Assembly (NCBI RefSeq): GCF_006345805.1
Contig: NW_021827586.1
Location: 1 to 28,751, forward strand
Direction of reading: 5' to 3'
Length of the DNA: 28,751 nt
Source of the DNA: Octopus sinensis
Taxonomy: Eukaryota
Shown: positions 1 to 10,519 of the stretch, one piece after another
How positions within the stretch are numbered: position 1 is the stretch's first letter
How the letters are laid out: every line of letters begins with the position of its first letter
Position numbers and translations under genes: made by a program
Notes under the pieces: generated by a model
The model's input: only the letters and a program-made list of their open reading frames with translations
What the model was told of the DNA's origin: nothing
Databases searched by the model: none

Positions 1-106
1 GTGGTTGATTGCGATGAACACGCGCAGAATCAGAGGAACACGGCACTATGCAATGCCCTGCGGTGTGGCCGTTATTTAGTTATGTTCTCTAAGGTTTGTG
101 TGTGTA

Positions 107-173
<67 letters not shown>

Positions 174-616
174 CGTGTGCGCTTAAATCTCGTGACCAGG
201 ATTGCTCTTTTTTTCGTTATATTTTTTCTTGCCCTTCATCATTCCTTCAAGAATAAGTTTGTGTTGCGTTGCCGAAACGTTGTGTAAGGCTGGGTGAGCA
301 AATCAATTTAATTGGCTGTTTCTCACCCACACAAAACCAAAATTGGTACCCTCGTACCTTATGTCAGACACAAAAATATCCATTACAATGTTCGACTTCT
401 TGCGATGTTTGTGTGAGTTCGAGCGTTACGCTTTTTCAATAATTTTCAAACCAAACCGTATCGAAGACGTAATCGATATCGTTTGATATAATGAAACAAG
501 TTCCAGTGTTGCGCTCTAATCCCTTTTGATTCTAATATTTCTGTTGAAGTAGTGAGCTTATGTTTCAATTAAATTTTAAAATAAGGAAGAATTTAGTCAT
601 CTTTAAGCGAGTGTAA

Positions 617-836
617 GGCGGTGGGCTGGCAGAATCGTTAGTTCGCCGGACGAAATGCTTAGTGGCATTTCTTCCGAGTCTTTGCATTCAAAGTTCAAAT
701 AATGCCAACGTCGACTTTGCCTTCCATTCTTCTGAGGTGTATAAAATTAGTAATAGTTGAGTACTGGGGTCGATGTAATCAGCTTCTCTCTTCCCTCAAC
801 ATTGCGGGCCTTGTGCCCAAATTAGAAAGGATTATT
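617..836 (+). mobile_element. tRNA-derived SINE, family A, near full length
   Basis: Head GGCGGTGGGCTGGCAGAATCGTTAG (A-box-like) and GTTCAAAT (B-box-like), then body GACTTTGCCTT...GTACTGGGGTCGATGTAATC. Homologous to several other copies in the window. Confidence 0.85.
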
Positions 837-1204
837 AGGATAGAGTTTGGAATATAAATCAACGCGGAATTTTGATGGAAGGTTTTAATTTAGATCACTT
901 TAACCCTTTTGTTCCCATATTTCCGTTAGAATGTATTCTCTTACTTTTAATTAGTTTTAAAACTAATGAAAAACTAAATAAAATAATTCTTAAATTAGTT
1001 TCTGGAAAAATAAAACATTTTGATGGAATTATTGATTTAGATAACTTAAAACAGAGTTTGTTTCATAGAACGATGGGCAGTTTCAGTCAGGTCCCTATAA
1101 AACGGTTTAACCCTCCTTAACTATTCAAACCATAGCATATCCTCGTAAAACAAAGAAGAGGACGTATCAAAAGCGTGATATTATAGGATAATATCAGTCG
1201 CCAT

Positions 1205-1385
1205 GATAGATCGTTAGCCACTACACACATTTTTTTCTCTCCTTGTTTTTTCTGTGTCCCTTTCTGTAGAAGAGCGTAGGCTCGAAACGTAAAAGACTTT
1301 TTCTATTCCTGAGCGTTATACTAATACATCTGTTTGTTTTGTACACCACCTGTCTTCGTCTTTTGTTTTTTTGGTAACTCTCCCT
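1205..1385 (+). mobile_element. Short Penelope-terminus-like element with hammerhead-ribozyme variant (1260-1295)
   Basis: CTTT-CTGTAGA-A-GAGC(GTAG)GCTC-GAAA-CGTA-AAAG. Architecture is shared with 19500-19700 and 28311-28503. Confidence 0.6.
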
Positions 1386-1685
1386 ATTATAGTATAACCC
1401 TATATAGTATAACCAATAGGATTAAGGCGTTCCAGCCGTGATTATCCATTTTACATCAGGCATTATCTAAAATATGCATTTTTTTTAAAGACAGAAGGCT
1501 GCGACTTTGGAGGAAGATCTGGTTCGAATTTCTAGCAGATTATGCGACTGCATAGAGGCATCCCCGTTTGCCCGATGATTAAATGGTCTCCTTTAGACAA
1601 TGGGTTGAAACACTAAAGAGAAATAAGAAAAATGTATAAAATGTGGACTTTGCCCGATAGCTTGCTTGGCTTAATTTTTCTAAGA

Positions 1686-1745
1686 ATACATTAGGGCTGT
1701 GCGTTAGCAGAATCGGTGGAGCATCAAACAAAATGACTTGTACTT
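1686..1745 (+). mobile_element. Degenerate family A SINE head fragment
   Basis: TTAGCAGAATCGGTGGAGCATCAAACAAAATGACTT resembles the family A head. Confidence 0.45.
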
Positions 1746-2039
1746 TTAGTTACTCGGCAGCTAATTTGTGCCAACATAACCTGCCTAAATATAATTGCTC
1801 GACCTGTTGGAAATAGCAGCTAGATAGCTCTCAAATCACACGTTACTATTTTAGAATGAGGCCCAACATGAAGACCTAGAGAAAAAAAAACAGTAAAAAA
1901 AAAAAAAAAAGCAGCGATGGGATGGTTACGGTTGGAATGTCAATACTAGATATAGAATCATATTTGCACGCTGAGAATTGACTCGGGGTTAAACAACAAC
2001 AACTGGAGGGAAATTGTTGTACTTCAATATTAACACAAC

Positions 2040-2640
2040 CACGATGACGACGACGACCACCACCACCAATACCACCACCACCACCATCACACACCACAAC
2101 CACCACCACCACCACCAACATTACATGGACGCACCATTACTCGCTTTCACAACCTTCACAGCAATCACGCACGCACACACACCACCACCGCTGCCGCCCG
2201 CCGCGCCGCCGCCGCCACCACGACCATCGCCACCACCACTGCACCACTGCACCACGCCACTACAATACAAATGTGATCAGGTGTTTGACGTGGGACTCCC
2301 TTTTTACCTAATTGTCTCGGTTCGTCTTGACGAATGATCCCCGATAAGATCCATGTCATTAGTGGTGACCCCTAAAGACAGGGACCCAGGTGACGGGGTG
2401 GACAGCGTGGTTAGGAGAGCAATGAGTACGTCAGGTGGGATACAAAAGGGGTTCGTTTGATGTGATCTTTCATATAGACCTTATGGAGGGACAGAGCCCC
2501 GCTCCACTGTAGAGAAAATTAGACAAGAACATAACTGCTTTTGTAGTAGCATGAGTGGTGGTGGTGGTGGTGGTGGTGGGGGTTGAGGTAGTGGTGGTGG
2601 TGGTGGTGGTGGGGTTGTGGTAGTGGAGGTGGTGGTTTAG
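2040..2640. repeat. (ACC/CCG)n array 2040-2260 and (GGT)n array 2553-2640
   Basis: Direct inspection. Confidence 0.9.
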
Positions 2641-3102
2641 TAACAATAGAAGTGGATGTGTTTGTAGAAAGACAACGTGTTGGGGGTGGGGTATATTATC
2701 TGATTGAAGTTGCGGTTTTTGTGTTAAATGCGTATATGAATGCATGGACCCACTCGAGTGATATGTATTCATACACACACGCGCACATATATACACATAC
2801 ACTAGTACAAAAACACACATACACACACCTATATATTTATATCTATCTCTTTGTCTATCTATCGACCTTTCTATTTTTAAGCCGAATTAAATCGCATATT
2901 ATGCATTTCTTGGTTTCTTTTATTAGCTTTCGAAAGGCAGGGGAGGAATTTGAAGGCTATTTTGTTGCTATATCTAGCACATGGAGCGACCACATAGAGG
3001 CACATGTCAGAGCTGCTAGTTTTTCTTTATTGTTGTTGTTGTTGTTGGAATTATTGCGGCTTTTTTTTCGTCTTCGTCGTCATCTTTGTTACGTCATTAC
3101 AG

Positions 3103-3122
3103 TAGCAGTAACAGCAGCAGCT

Positions 3123-3155
<33 letters not shown>

Positions 3156-3158
3156 ATT

Positions 3159-3190
<32 letters not shown>

Positions 3191-3218
3191 TGTAGTAGTA
3201 GTAGTAGCAGTAGTAATT

Positions 3219-3250
<32 letters not shown>
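3103..3250. repeat. (GTA)n microsatellite
   Basis: Direct inspection. Confidence 0.95.
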
Positions 3251-3251
<1 letters not shown>

Positions 3252-3299
3252 TTGTGGGTATTTCAGGTGTGTTGTTGCTGTTATTACAGGTGATGTTAA

Positions 3300-3410
3300 G
3301 GTGCGTTACAGCGTCGGGAGAAAAAAGCTTTGGAAGTTTTGTTCCGGTTCTTTACGTTCCGAGTTCGAATCCCACCGATTTAAACTTTGTCTTTCATCGT
3401 TTCTTTTATT
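3300..3410 (+). mobile_element. Family A SINE, partial
   Basis: TTCCGGTTCTTTACGTTCCGAGTTCGAATCCCACCG...ACTTTGTCTTTCATC, with a B-box at 3361-3373. Confidence 0.75.
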
Positions 3411-3620
3411 GATGCAAGGCCTGGAATTTTGATGAGCGGGGAAGGGTCCAGTCAATTACATTGATACCGTTGTTCAGCTGGTACTTAGCTTAGTTACGTC
3501 GAAAGAAAAAAAAAGGCAAAGTCCACCTCGGCGGAATTTGAACTCTGAACGTAAAAAACCGGAAGAAATCCCGTTAAGCCTTTTATCCGGAGTGCTAACA
3601 ATTCTGTCAGCTCACCGCCT
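3411..3620 (-). mobile_element. Family A SINE, near full length, reverse
   Basis: Reverse complement reads AGGCGGTGAGCTGACAGAATTGTTAGC...GAGTTCAAATTCCGCCGAGGTGGACTTTGCC...TAAGTACCAG. Confidence 0.85.
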
Positions 3621-3634
3621 TTTTTTTTTTTTTT

Positions 3635-3753
3635 ACTAATTTTAGTACAAGGCCAGTAACTTCGAGAGTATTCGGCATCGTCGATTAAGAAGCCGGAAGA
3701 AATACCTGTAAGTATTTTGTCCGGTTTGCTAATGATTCTGCCAGCTCTCTGCC
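3635..3753 (-). mobile_element. Family A SINE with internal deletion, reverse
   Basis: Reverse complement GAGCTGGCAGAATCATTAGCAAACCGGACAAAATACTTAC is joined directly to the 3' GGCCTTGTACTAAAATTAG. Confidence 0.75.
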
Positions 3754-3764
3754 TCTGCCGGGAT

Positions 3765-3978
3765 AATAATGGTTTCAAATTTTGGCACATGGCCAGTGAT
3801 TTCGGGTTAAGGTGTAAATCGATTACATCGAACCCAGTACTCAACTGGTACTTATTTTATCGAACCCGAAAGAATGAAAGGCAAATTTGACCTCGACAGA
3901 ATTTGAACTCGAAATGAAAAGAGCCGGAAGAAATACCACTAAGCACTTTGTCGGGCGTGCTAAGGATTCAGCCAGCTT
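3765..3978 (-). mobile_element. Family A SINE, near full length, reverse
   Basis: Reverse complement reads GCTGAATCCTTAGCACGCCCGACAAAGTGCTTAG...GAGTTCAAATTC...TAAGTACCAGTTGAGTACTGGGTTCGATGTAATCG. Confidence 0.85.
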
Positions 3979-3993
3979 GCTTCCTTTTCTTTG

Positions 3994-4025
<32 letters not shown>

Positions 4026-4460
4026 GGTGGTGGGGGTGATGATAGCCACGTTGCAGTCATAAAAGAACAAAGCAAAAACAACTCAAAAAAACAAAAGAGC
4101 CGCCCCCCACATTTTGTTGCGAGATCAAAAGTTTCATTGCTCTCCATCAAGTGAGCTCCTTCATTTCTTACTCTCACTGCAACTACTTCACCTCCGCCAC
4201 CCGTTCCATCATATCCACTACTAAATACCCTTTTCTCATACACTTCCTCCCGCCCCACCTCCCTTCCATTAGCCACTCTGTCTCCTTGTCCACTCTTCCC
4301 TCACCCATCCTCACCACCTCTTCCTTTCTAATCTTCCTCCTTCTTCACCCACGTACGACAACACACTTGAGTTAATTAGTAAAAGGACTTCGGAACAAAC
4401 ACAACAACAACAACAACAACCAAGATAATATCAACAAAATACGAATAAGACCAACAGCAT

Positions 4461-4519
4461 GATCTGTTGGACGGGCCACCGGGCCACAGATCTGTTGGAC
4501 GAGCCACCGGGCCACAGAT
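4461..4519. repeat. 28-bp tandem repeat x2
   Basis: GATCTGTTGGACG(G/A)GCCACCGGGCCACA twice with one mismatch. Confidence 0.95.
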
Positions 4520-4744
4520 GTGGAGAGGAAATTTATGAAGTTGAATGGATCAACTTTCATTATGTATCTGCTATTTTATTTCTGTCTACTTGTCTGTCTG
4601 TCTGTCTGTCTGATTGTCTGATTGTCTTTCTCTCTCTCCTCAATCACGCGCGCGCGCACACACACACACTCGCGCGCGCATATGCATATCCACATACATA
4701 AAAGAACAAACATATTCACTCATATATATGCATATATATGTTGT

Positions 4745-4759
4745 TGTTGTTATTATTAC

Positions 4760-4810
<51 letters not shown>

Positions 4811-4821
4811 TATTATTATTA

Positions 4822-4852
<31 letters not shown>

Positions 4853-4855
4853 TTA
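4745..4855. repeat. (ATT)n microsatellite
   Basis: Direct inspection. Confidence 0.95.
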
Positions 4856-4858
4856 TTA

Positions 4859-4992
4859 AGGCAGCTAGCTGGCAGAATCGTTAGCATGCTGGACGAAATA
4901 CTTAGCGGCATTTCGTCCGTCTTTACGTTCTGAGTTCAACTTTGCCTTTCATCTTTTCAGGATCGATAAAATAAGTACCAGTTGCGTACGGG
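4859..4992 (+). mobile_element. Family A SINE with internal deletion
   Basis: GGCAGCTAGCTGGCAGAATCGTTAGCATGCTGGACGAAATACTTAGCGG...GAGTTCAACTTTGCCTTTCATC...TAAGTACCAG. Confidence 0.85.
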
Positions 4993-5744
4993 CAGTGATG
5001 TTAGCCTTCAACTAACACTATCTCCTCCGAGACCCTGCGGCGCAAGTTGACCAAAATTGAGAGTATGATAGAAGAAAGCTTGCTCTTCCTTCCGTAGAAG
5101 AAAAAAAATTCAAATCGGACCATGTTAACACCAAAAATTATTTACATCAAAATGTGCTTTTTTTTCTATGAAAATCCCTATTTTTTACGATATTTTGACT
5201 GCTGTGTCGCCATTTTTCGGTGTATTTCAACCAGAAAAATGTTCACTTAAAGAGAATAACAAGCTACATAATGCAAAATTTTTACTTTCCAAAAATACTG
5301 GTCATACCGTATGGACGGATTTTCGAAATCCAATGATACCCTACACGCCTTTTTAGTTGTGAAATTTTACAAATACACTTTCTCAGGGAGATATGGTAAA
5401 CCTATTATAATGGGTAATACTACGTGTACTTTTCATATTTTTCATAGTGTGATGTAACTCTTTGGAATAACAAAGCATACGGCTGAAGAGAGCTTTAAAC
5501 CATCTTTTATATCTATTATACACTGATGTAATAACAGGTCGTTTATAAAGCTTGAAGTACGTGTACCGCGACATCCTTTGTGTTATGTTTTTGATTTTAT
5601 TTGATATATATATATTTGTTTGGAGACCCAATTATGAATGTGTATGTATCTTTAATTTTTGACAAAATTTAAAGAATGTTTGTTTAGATAAACTCATTTC
5701 AAGAAAGAATCAAGCGGGTCGCAAGATGAACATCTGCAGTCCGT

Positions 5745-5778
5745 ATGTGGCCCGCGGGCCTCAGGTTGGCCAGCCATG
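5745..5778. mobile_element. hAT-type transposon terminus; the AT-rich 5020-5745 stretch is probably its decayed interior or other DNA-transposon sequence
   Basis: ATGTGGCCCGCGGGCCTCAGGTTGGCCAGCCATG resembles the reverse complement of the hAT end CAGGGGTGGCCAACCTGCGGCCCGCGGGCC. The matching end was not found. Confidence 0.5.
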
Positions 5779-5789
5779 GATTAGGGAAT

Positions 5790-6075
5790 AGAAGAAAAAA
5801 CGCCTTTTGATGCCTATCAATGCCATGGTTACAATTTTGAATGAGGTTCGTTGTTCCTTCCGCATCTTTGAGTGTGCAGGTTCACGTTCGACACTGACAA
5901 GCGAATAAAGAGTGGCCCGTTGTGTTGAAGTGAGCAACGGGTTGGCCTGGTACATAGCATTGTTTACTATGAATCTGTTTGTGAAAGCGATCGTCGTGTC
6001 CATAGCTTGTTTCTCCAATAGATACCGCCACTGCGAAGTTAGCAAATGATGCAGAAGTTGGTAAACTTGCAGCAG
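5790..6075 (-). pseudogene. Highly decayed Penelope-like GIY-YIG remnant
   Basis: Minus-strand pieces read NFCIIC*L..GIY/IGET...DRFHKQI...PGQPVAHFNTTGHS and RKEQRTSFKIVTMALIGIKRRFFF, resembling the PLE endonuclease C-terminus. Confidence 0.6.
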
Positions 6076-6338
6076 AATGTATTGTGGTGTTGTGATTTCG
6101 AGCCAACGTTAGTCGACGTGTCACTGACGTGGGGCAGAAGGAGGATCCACGCTGAGAGATTTTATGATGATTTGGTTGTTCGTATGCAATAAAATAAAAG
6201 GTAAGCAAATTTCTATAAAACGAGAAATTTCTACACTTCCATTCGTTAGGGTAATATAAAGTTGTCCCATGGAAGATATTGTCTCGAAGGAATCAGAAGA
6301 AAATGAAGAAATATTAAAGTCATGCTTTGGTGCACACA

Positions 6339-6426
<88 letters not shown>

Positions 6427-6440
6427 CTATCTATCTATCT
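6339..6440. repeat. (ATCT)n, 5' flank of LINE copy 1
   Basis: Direct inspection. Confidence 0.98.
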
Positions 6441-7966
6441 CAATGGGCCGAGAGGAAACTGTCCCTAAACGGTCGGCGGAGGTGGCGAACACGTACATCG
6501 CGTCCGTCATCTACTACCGCCTGACCGCGTACCTTGTCCCGACCCTACCATCACCAAAACTACAACGCATTCTCTTCGCTTCTTGTGGAAAGGATGCGTC
6601 CCGATGGTCAGGCGATCCATTTGCTGTCAACAACCGTTAAAAGGGGCTGGGCATGCCGTGGTTGATGATGCGCAGACACGCGCTGAGACTGCGACATCTC
6701 TGGCTCTATGTAGACGACGGTGAACAGGTGTGGTCGCCGTTTGTGAGGCACGCTTTCCCGCAGCTCGTCTCCATGACCGAACTGCAGTCGTGGATCAAAA
6801 AGAGGCCGAGGAGGGCGAATGGCACCGCGAGGTGTCGCGTTGCTCTCAAGCAACTCTGCCGTCCTGGGTCAACCTTGAGTGACTTCAACACAACCAAGCA
6901 TTCTATAGGGGATTAGTGGAGGGGAGGTACGACGACGAGCTCGGGACGAACCTGGACGTCGACGAGGAGTACCTGACCGCTGTTCAGGACGACTTTCGGG
7001 CCAGGGCCCATGGACAACTTCCAGAGATCCCTGGCCTGGCAGTGCTACCGAGAAGCGCTACCCGTTCGGGATAAGCTCTACAGACACGGCTCGAGAAACA
7101 CGGGGCCGACCTGCCCGAGATGCGGTCAGAGCGACGAAACCGTTCTGCACGCACTCGTGCAGTGTCCAACAATTTCCGACCTGTGGGCTTATGTCGAACA
7201 ACTGCTGTCACGTGTGGAACGAGTCGGTTTATCAGCTGAGTCTATCGTCAATATTGTCACGCTCCTTCTTCAAACGGGAAGGAAGAGCTATTTTCATAAT
7301 CCTTGTGGCTATGGCGAAAGAATGTATCTGGTGGACGCGTCTGAAAGGATTGGAGACAAACACTTTCCTCTCTGGTCAATCTCTCATCAACTTCTTCAAG
7401 TACCACTTGAAGAGGAAAGTGAGAGTAGAGAGGCAAGTTTTGTCTAGCGAATGTTTTAAAAAAAGATGGGTGAATGTAGCAAGGATGGCACGTATGAATG
7501 ACGAAGCCACCTTGAGCATAATCCTATGAACCCAGAAATTGAAAACAGAGGGTTACCCACTTGCAAACAAATGTGGTAACATATAACAATATTGACCAGG
7601 TTACCGTGGTCTTTTTCGTAGGCTTTTTCTCCCACGATAAACCTTACTTGCTTTCCCCTTTACACCATATATAATAACACTGATACACGATCCCTATTGA
7701 TCGTTATTTTTTTCCACTTCCCTTTTTTCTTCTCTTTTCATTTCTCTTTTCTCTTGTTCCTTTTCCTTATTTTTTTTTCTTTATTCTTTTCATTTTTTAT
7801 TTTATTTATTTATTTATTTTTTTTGGTTCTTCCCTTTTACGATCCCTCTTGATCGAAAACCTACGCCACCCCCATTTTTTTTTTGTTTTCTTCATCCCCC
7901 AAAAGAAAAACTCTACCTTGTAACTTGTCCCATCTGTGTGCAGCCCTGTGTGGCCAATAAAGAAAC
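6441..7966 (+). mobile_element. 5'-truncated second copy of the same Tx1-like LINE (3' ~1.5 kb), copy 1
   Basis: Colinear with 14169-15640 from CAATGGGCCGAGAGG to GTGTGCAGCCCTGTGTGGCCAATAAAGAAAC. Carries the same zf-RVT-like block (7010 onward), with a stop at 7529. Flanked by (ATCT)n on both sides. Confidence 0.95.
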
Positions 7967-8446
<480 letters not shown>

Positions 8447-8741
8447 GCCTAGATTTATAAAATACGCTTACATTCACTAATAATCACCACCACCACCACC
8501 GCTGCCACCACAATTCAAGGCAACACCAGCTGCTACCTGAACGTATGGCAGCGTATTTGACGACGATGTGTCATTCCGACATGATATTTGTTAACACAAA
8601 TTATATTTCTCCACCTTCTTTGCCGTTCCACTCAATGCCTTCCCCAGGGATGGTCATCTGTTTGAGAAACTGATGCCTGACATTGATCATGTCTTCTGTC
8701 TTCCTAATTTAACGAAAATCACCAATTTACTTTTACTTTCA

Positions 8742-8742
<1 letters not shown>

Positions 8743-8817
<75 letters not shown>

Positions 8818-8982
8818 CGCACACATGCACACACACATACACACACTCTTATACGCAATGCCTCTACGCGCGCACACACACACATACTGTGCCACAACCA
8901 CCCATACATACACACACATATATATATATGTGCATGTATGTGTATGTATGTATATAAATATATGTATATATATATATATATA

Positions 8983-9020
<38 letters not shown>

Positions 9021-9195
9021 TACATATGTATATATGTATATTATACATATATTATATATACACTTATATAAGCCTAATTATAAACATACACACATACATT
9101 CATACAGATGTTTATACATGCATACAAATATAATGTTTGCATACATACATGCATATAGTATGTATGTATATATATAAAATATGTATAATTATATA

Positions 9196-9242
<47 letters not shown>

Positions 9243-9310
9243 TATTATATATATATATATGTATATACATACATACATACGTGTGTATGTGTACATACAC
9301 ACACACACAT
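8743..9310. repeat. Compound (CA)/(CT)/(TA) microsatellite
   Basis: Direct inspection. Confidence 0.95.
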
Positions 9311-9499
9311 ACCTTTATATGAAGGAGATACACTTAACAATCAAGAAAGATAGAACTCGATGCGATGTTGGAGAGAAACAAAATTAATTTGTAAAGCTTT
9401 ACCTTTACGCGTTGCTACTCTGACTTTTCTGTTTTACTGACACTCAACCAGGAAATGGAATGAAACAATTCGTCTGTCTCATATATTTATATACAAAAT

Positions 9500-10200
9500 A
9501 AAAATTATGAAGTTTACGATACACTTTAACAAAAGGAAACCTTTAGATTTGTTTGGAGAATGTTACTCTATGGGTCTCCGATCTTCAACAACGGAGGATT
9601 TTACAAGACCACAAGGAATATTTCATGATATTGTGAGAAGAATTGTTAAATATGAGAGGCTTATAAACAGAAGAGCGTTTCTCCATAGACGTCAGCAATT
9701 TGGAAAACGCAGTTTGCTCGAAGTAATGCGGGATTTGTAAAAAAAAATGTGTTAGTGAAGGCATTAACAGGTGTGTTTTCGTACCTATCTTCATCTTTGG
9801 TCATAGATGTTGGGTAATGACTGAAAGACCTTGAGCGTGAATACATGCAACCGGAAAGGGATTCTTGTGAGGGATCACTGGAGGAATGTTACCCAACAGG
9901 GTACGTAGCTCGGAGATGAAAGGGTCTTTTCAGGTCGAGTAGCCACGTCTCCACATTGACGCGGGTGGGGGTGGGGTTCACAGCTATGGTACTATGAACG
10001 TGGGATTGGGATGTTGCAGGAAATAAATCGCAAGACAGGTTCTTGAAGCCGAGGCAATTGGCGGGTGACCAAGAATGCGATGGTTTGATAACTTCCATAG
10101 TGTCTGTTGGCAGCGCTTGGGAACCTAATCGGAAAGTCTACTGATAGTTGCTTATGACACGACCCTATGGAAGAGGTACCTGAGGGCTCAACCCCCTAAA
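9500..10200 (+). mobile_element. Decayed RTE-clade LINE 3' fragment
   Basis: Frameshifted pieces resemble VFVPILIFGH.CWVMTER, SQLW...V and GGRPRMRWFDNFHSVCWQRLG, typical of the RTE post-RT region. Confidence 0.6.
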
Positions 10201-10519
10201 ACCCCTTCAGGAATAGTAGGTGGGGGGATGATGGGTGGATGGTGTTGTTGAGGATAATAACAATAAATGATATTGAAGGCAATATCTGTGATGTCGAAAA
10301 ATAACCACGCACAAAGACACACACACACAGACACAGACACACAGATACATACACAGACAAACAAAGACACACACACAGGCACATACACACACATGCACAC
10401 ACAGACACACACATAATCGCGCACGCACACAGACACACATCAGCGGGTCTGTTCATATCAACAATAAAGTCTGCAAGGCTCGCAGAACGAGCCCCCGGAT
10501 CTTCAGAACTTTCCTGCCC

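Noticed and set aside
240-290. GCCGAAACGTT resembling the 3' half of a hammerhead
   Set aside because: No CUGANGA core or stem II is recoverable, so at best a very decayed copy.
617-700. tRNA-like A/B boxes in SINE heads (also 26233-26300)
   Set aside because: No cloverleaf is evident and they continue into repeat bodies, so they are SINEs, not tRNA genes.
872-1120. 82-aa AT-rich ORF (also 24177-24374 and similar short ORFs)
   Set aside because: No motif or coding bias; expected by chance.
2014-2337. His/Thr/Pro-rich ORF with YKCDQ, suggesting a transcription factor or zinc finger
   Set aside because: The composition comes from the ACC array, and the C2H2 spacing is absent.
2973-3002. CTCF site interpretation of the 30-bp motif
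   Set aside because: The CCAC-N5-GGC spacing fits, but the central YAGRK positions mismatch in all copies.
4461-4519. 28-bp direct repeat as a CRISPR array
   Set aside because: No spacers, only two units, and a eukaryotic context.
8620-8740. Strong splice acceptor CCTTCCCCAG|G at 8647
   Set aside because: No convincing donor and no recognisable peptide downstream.
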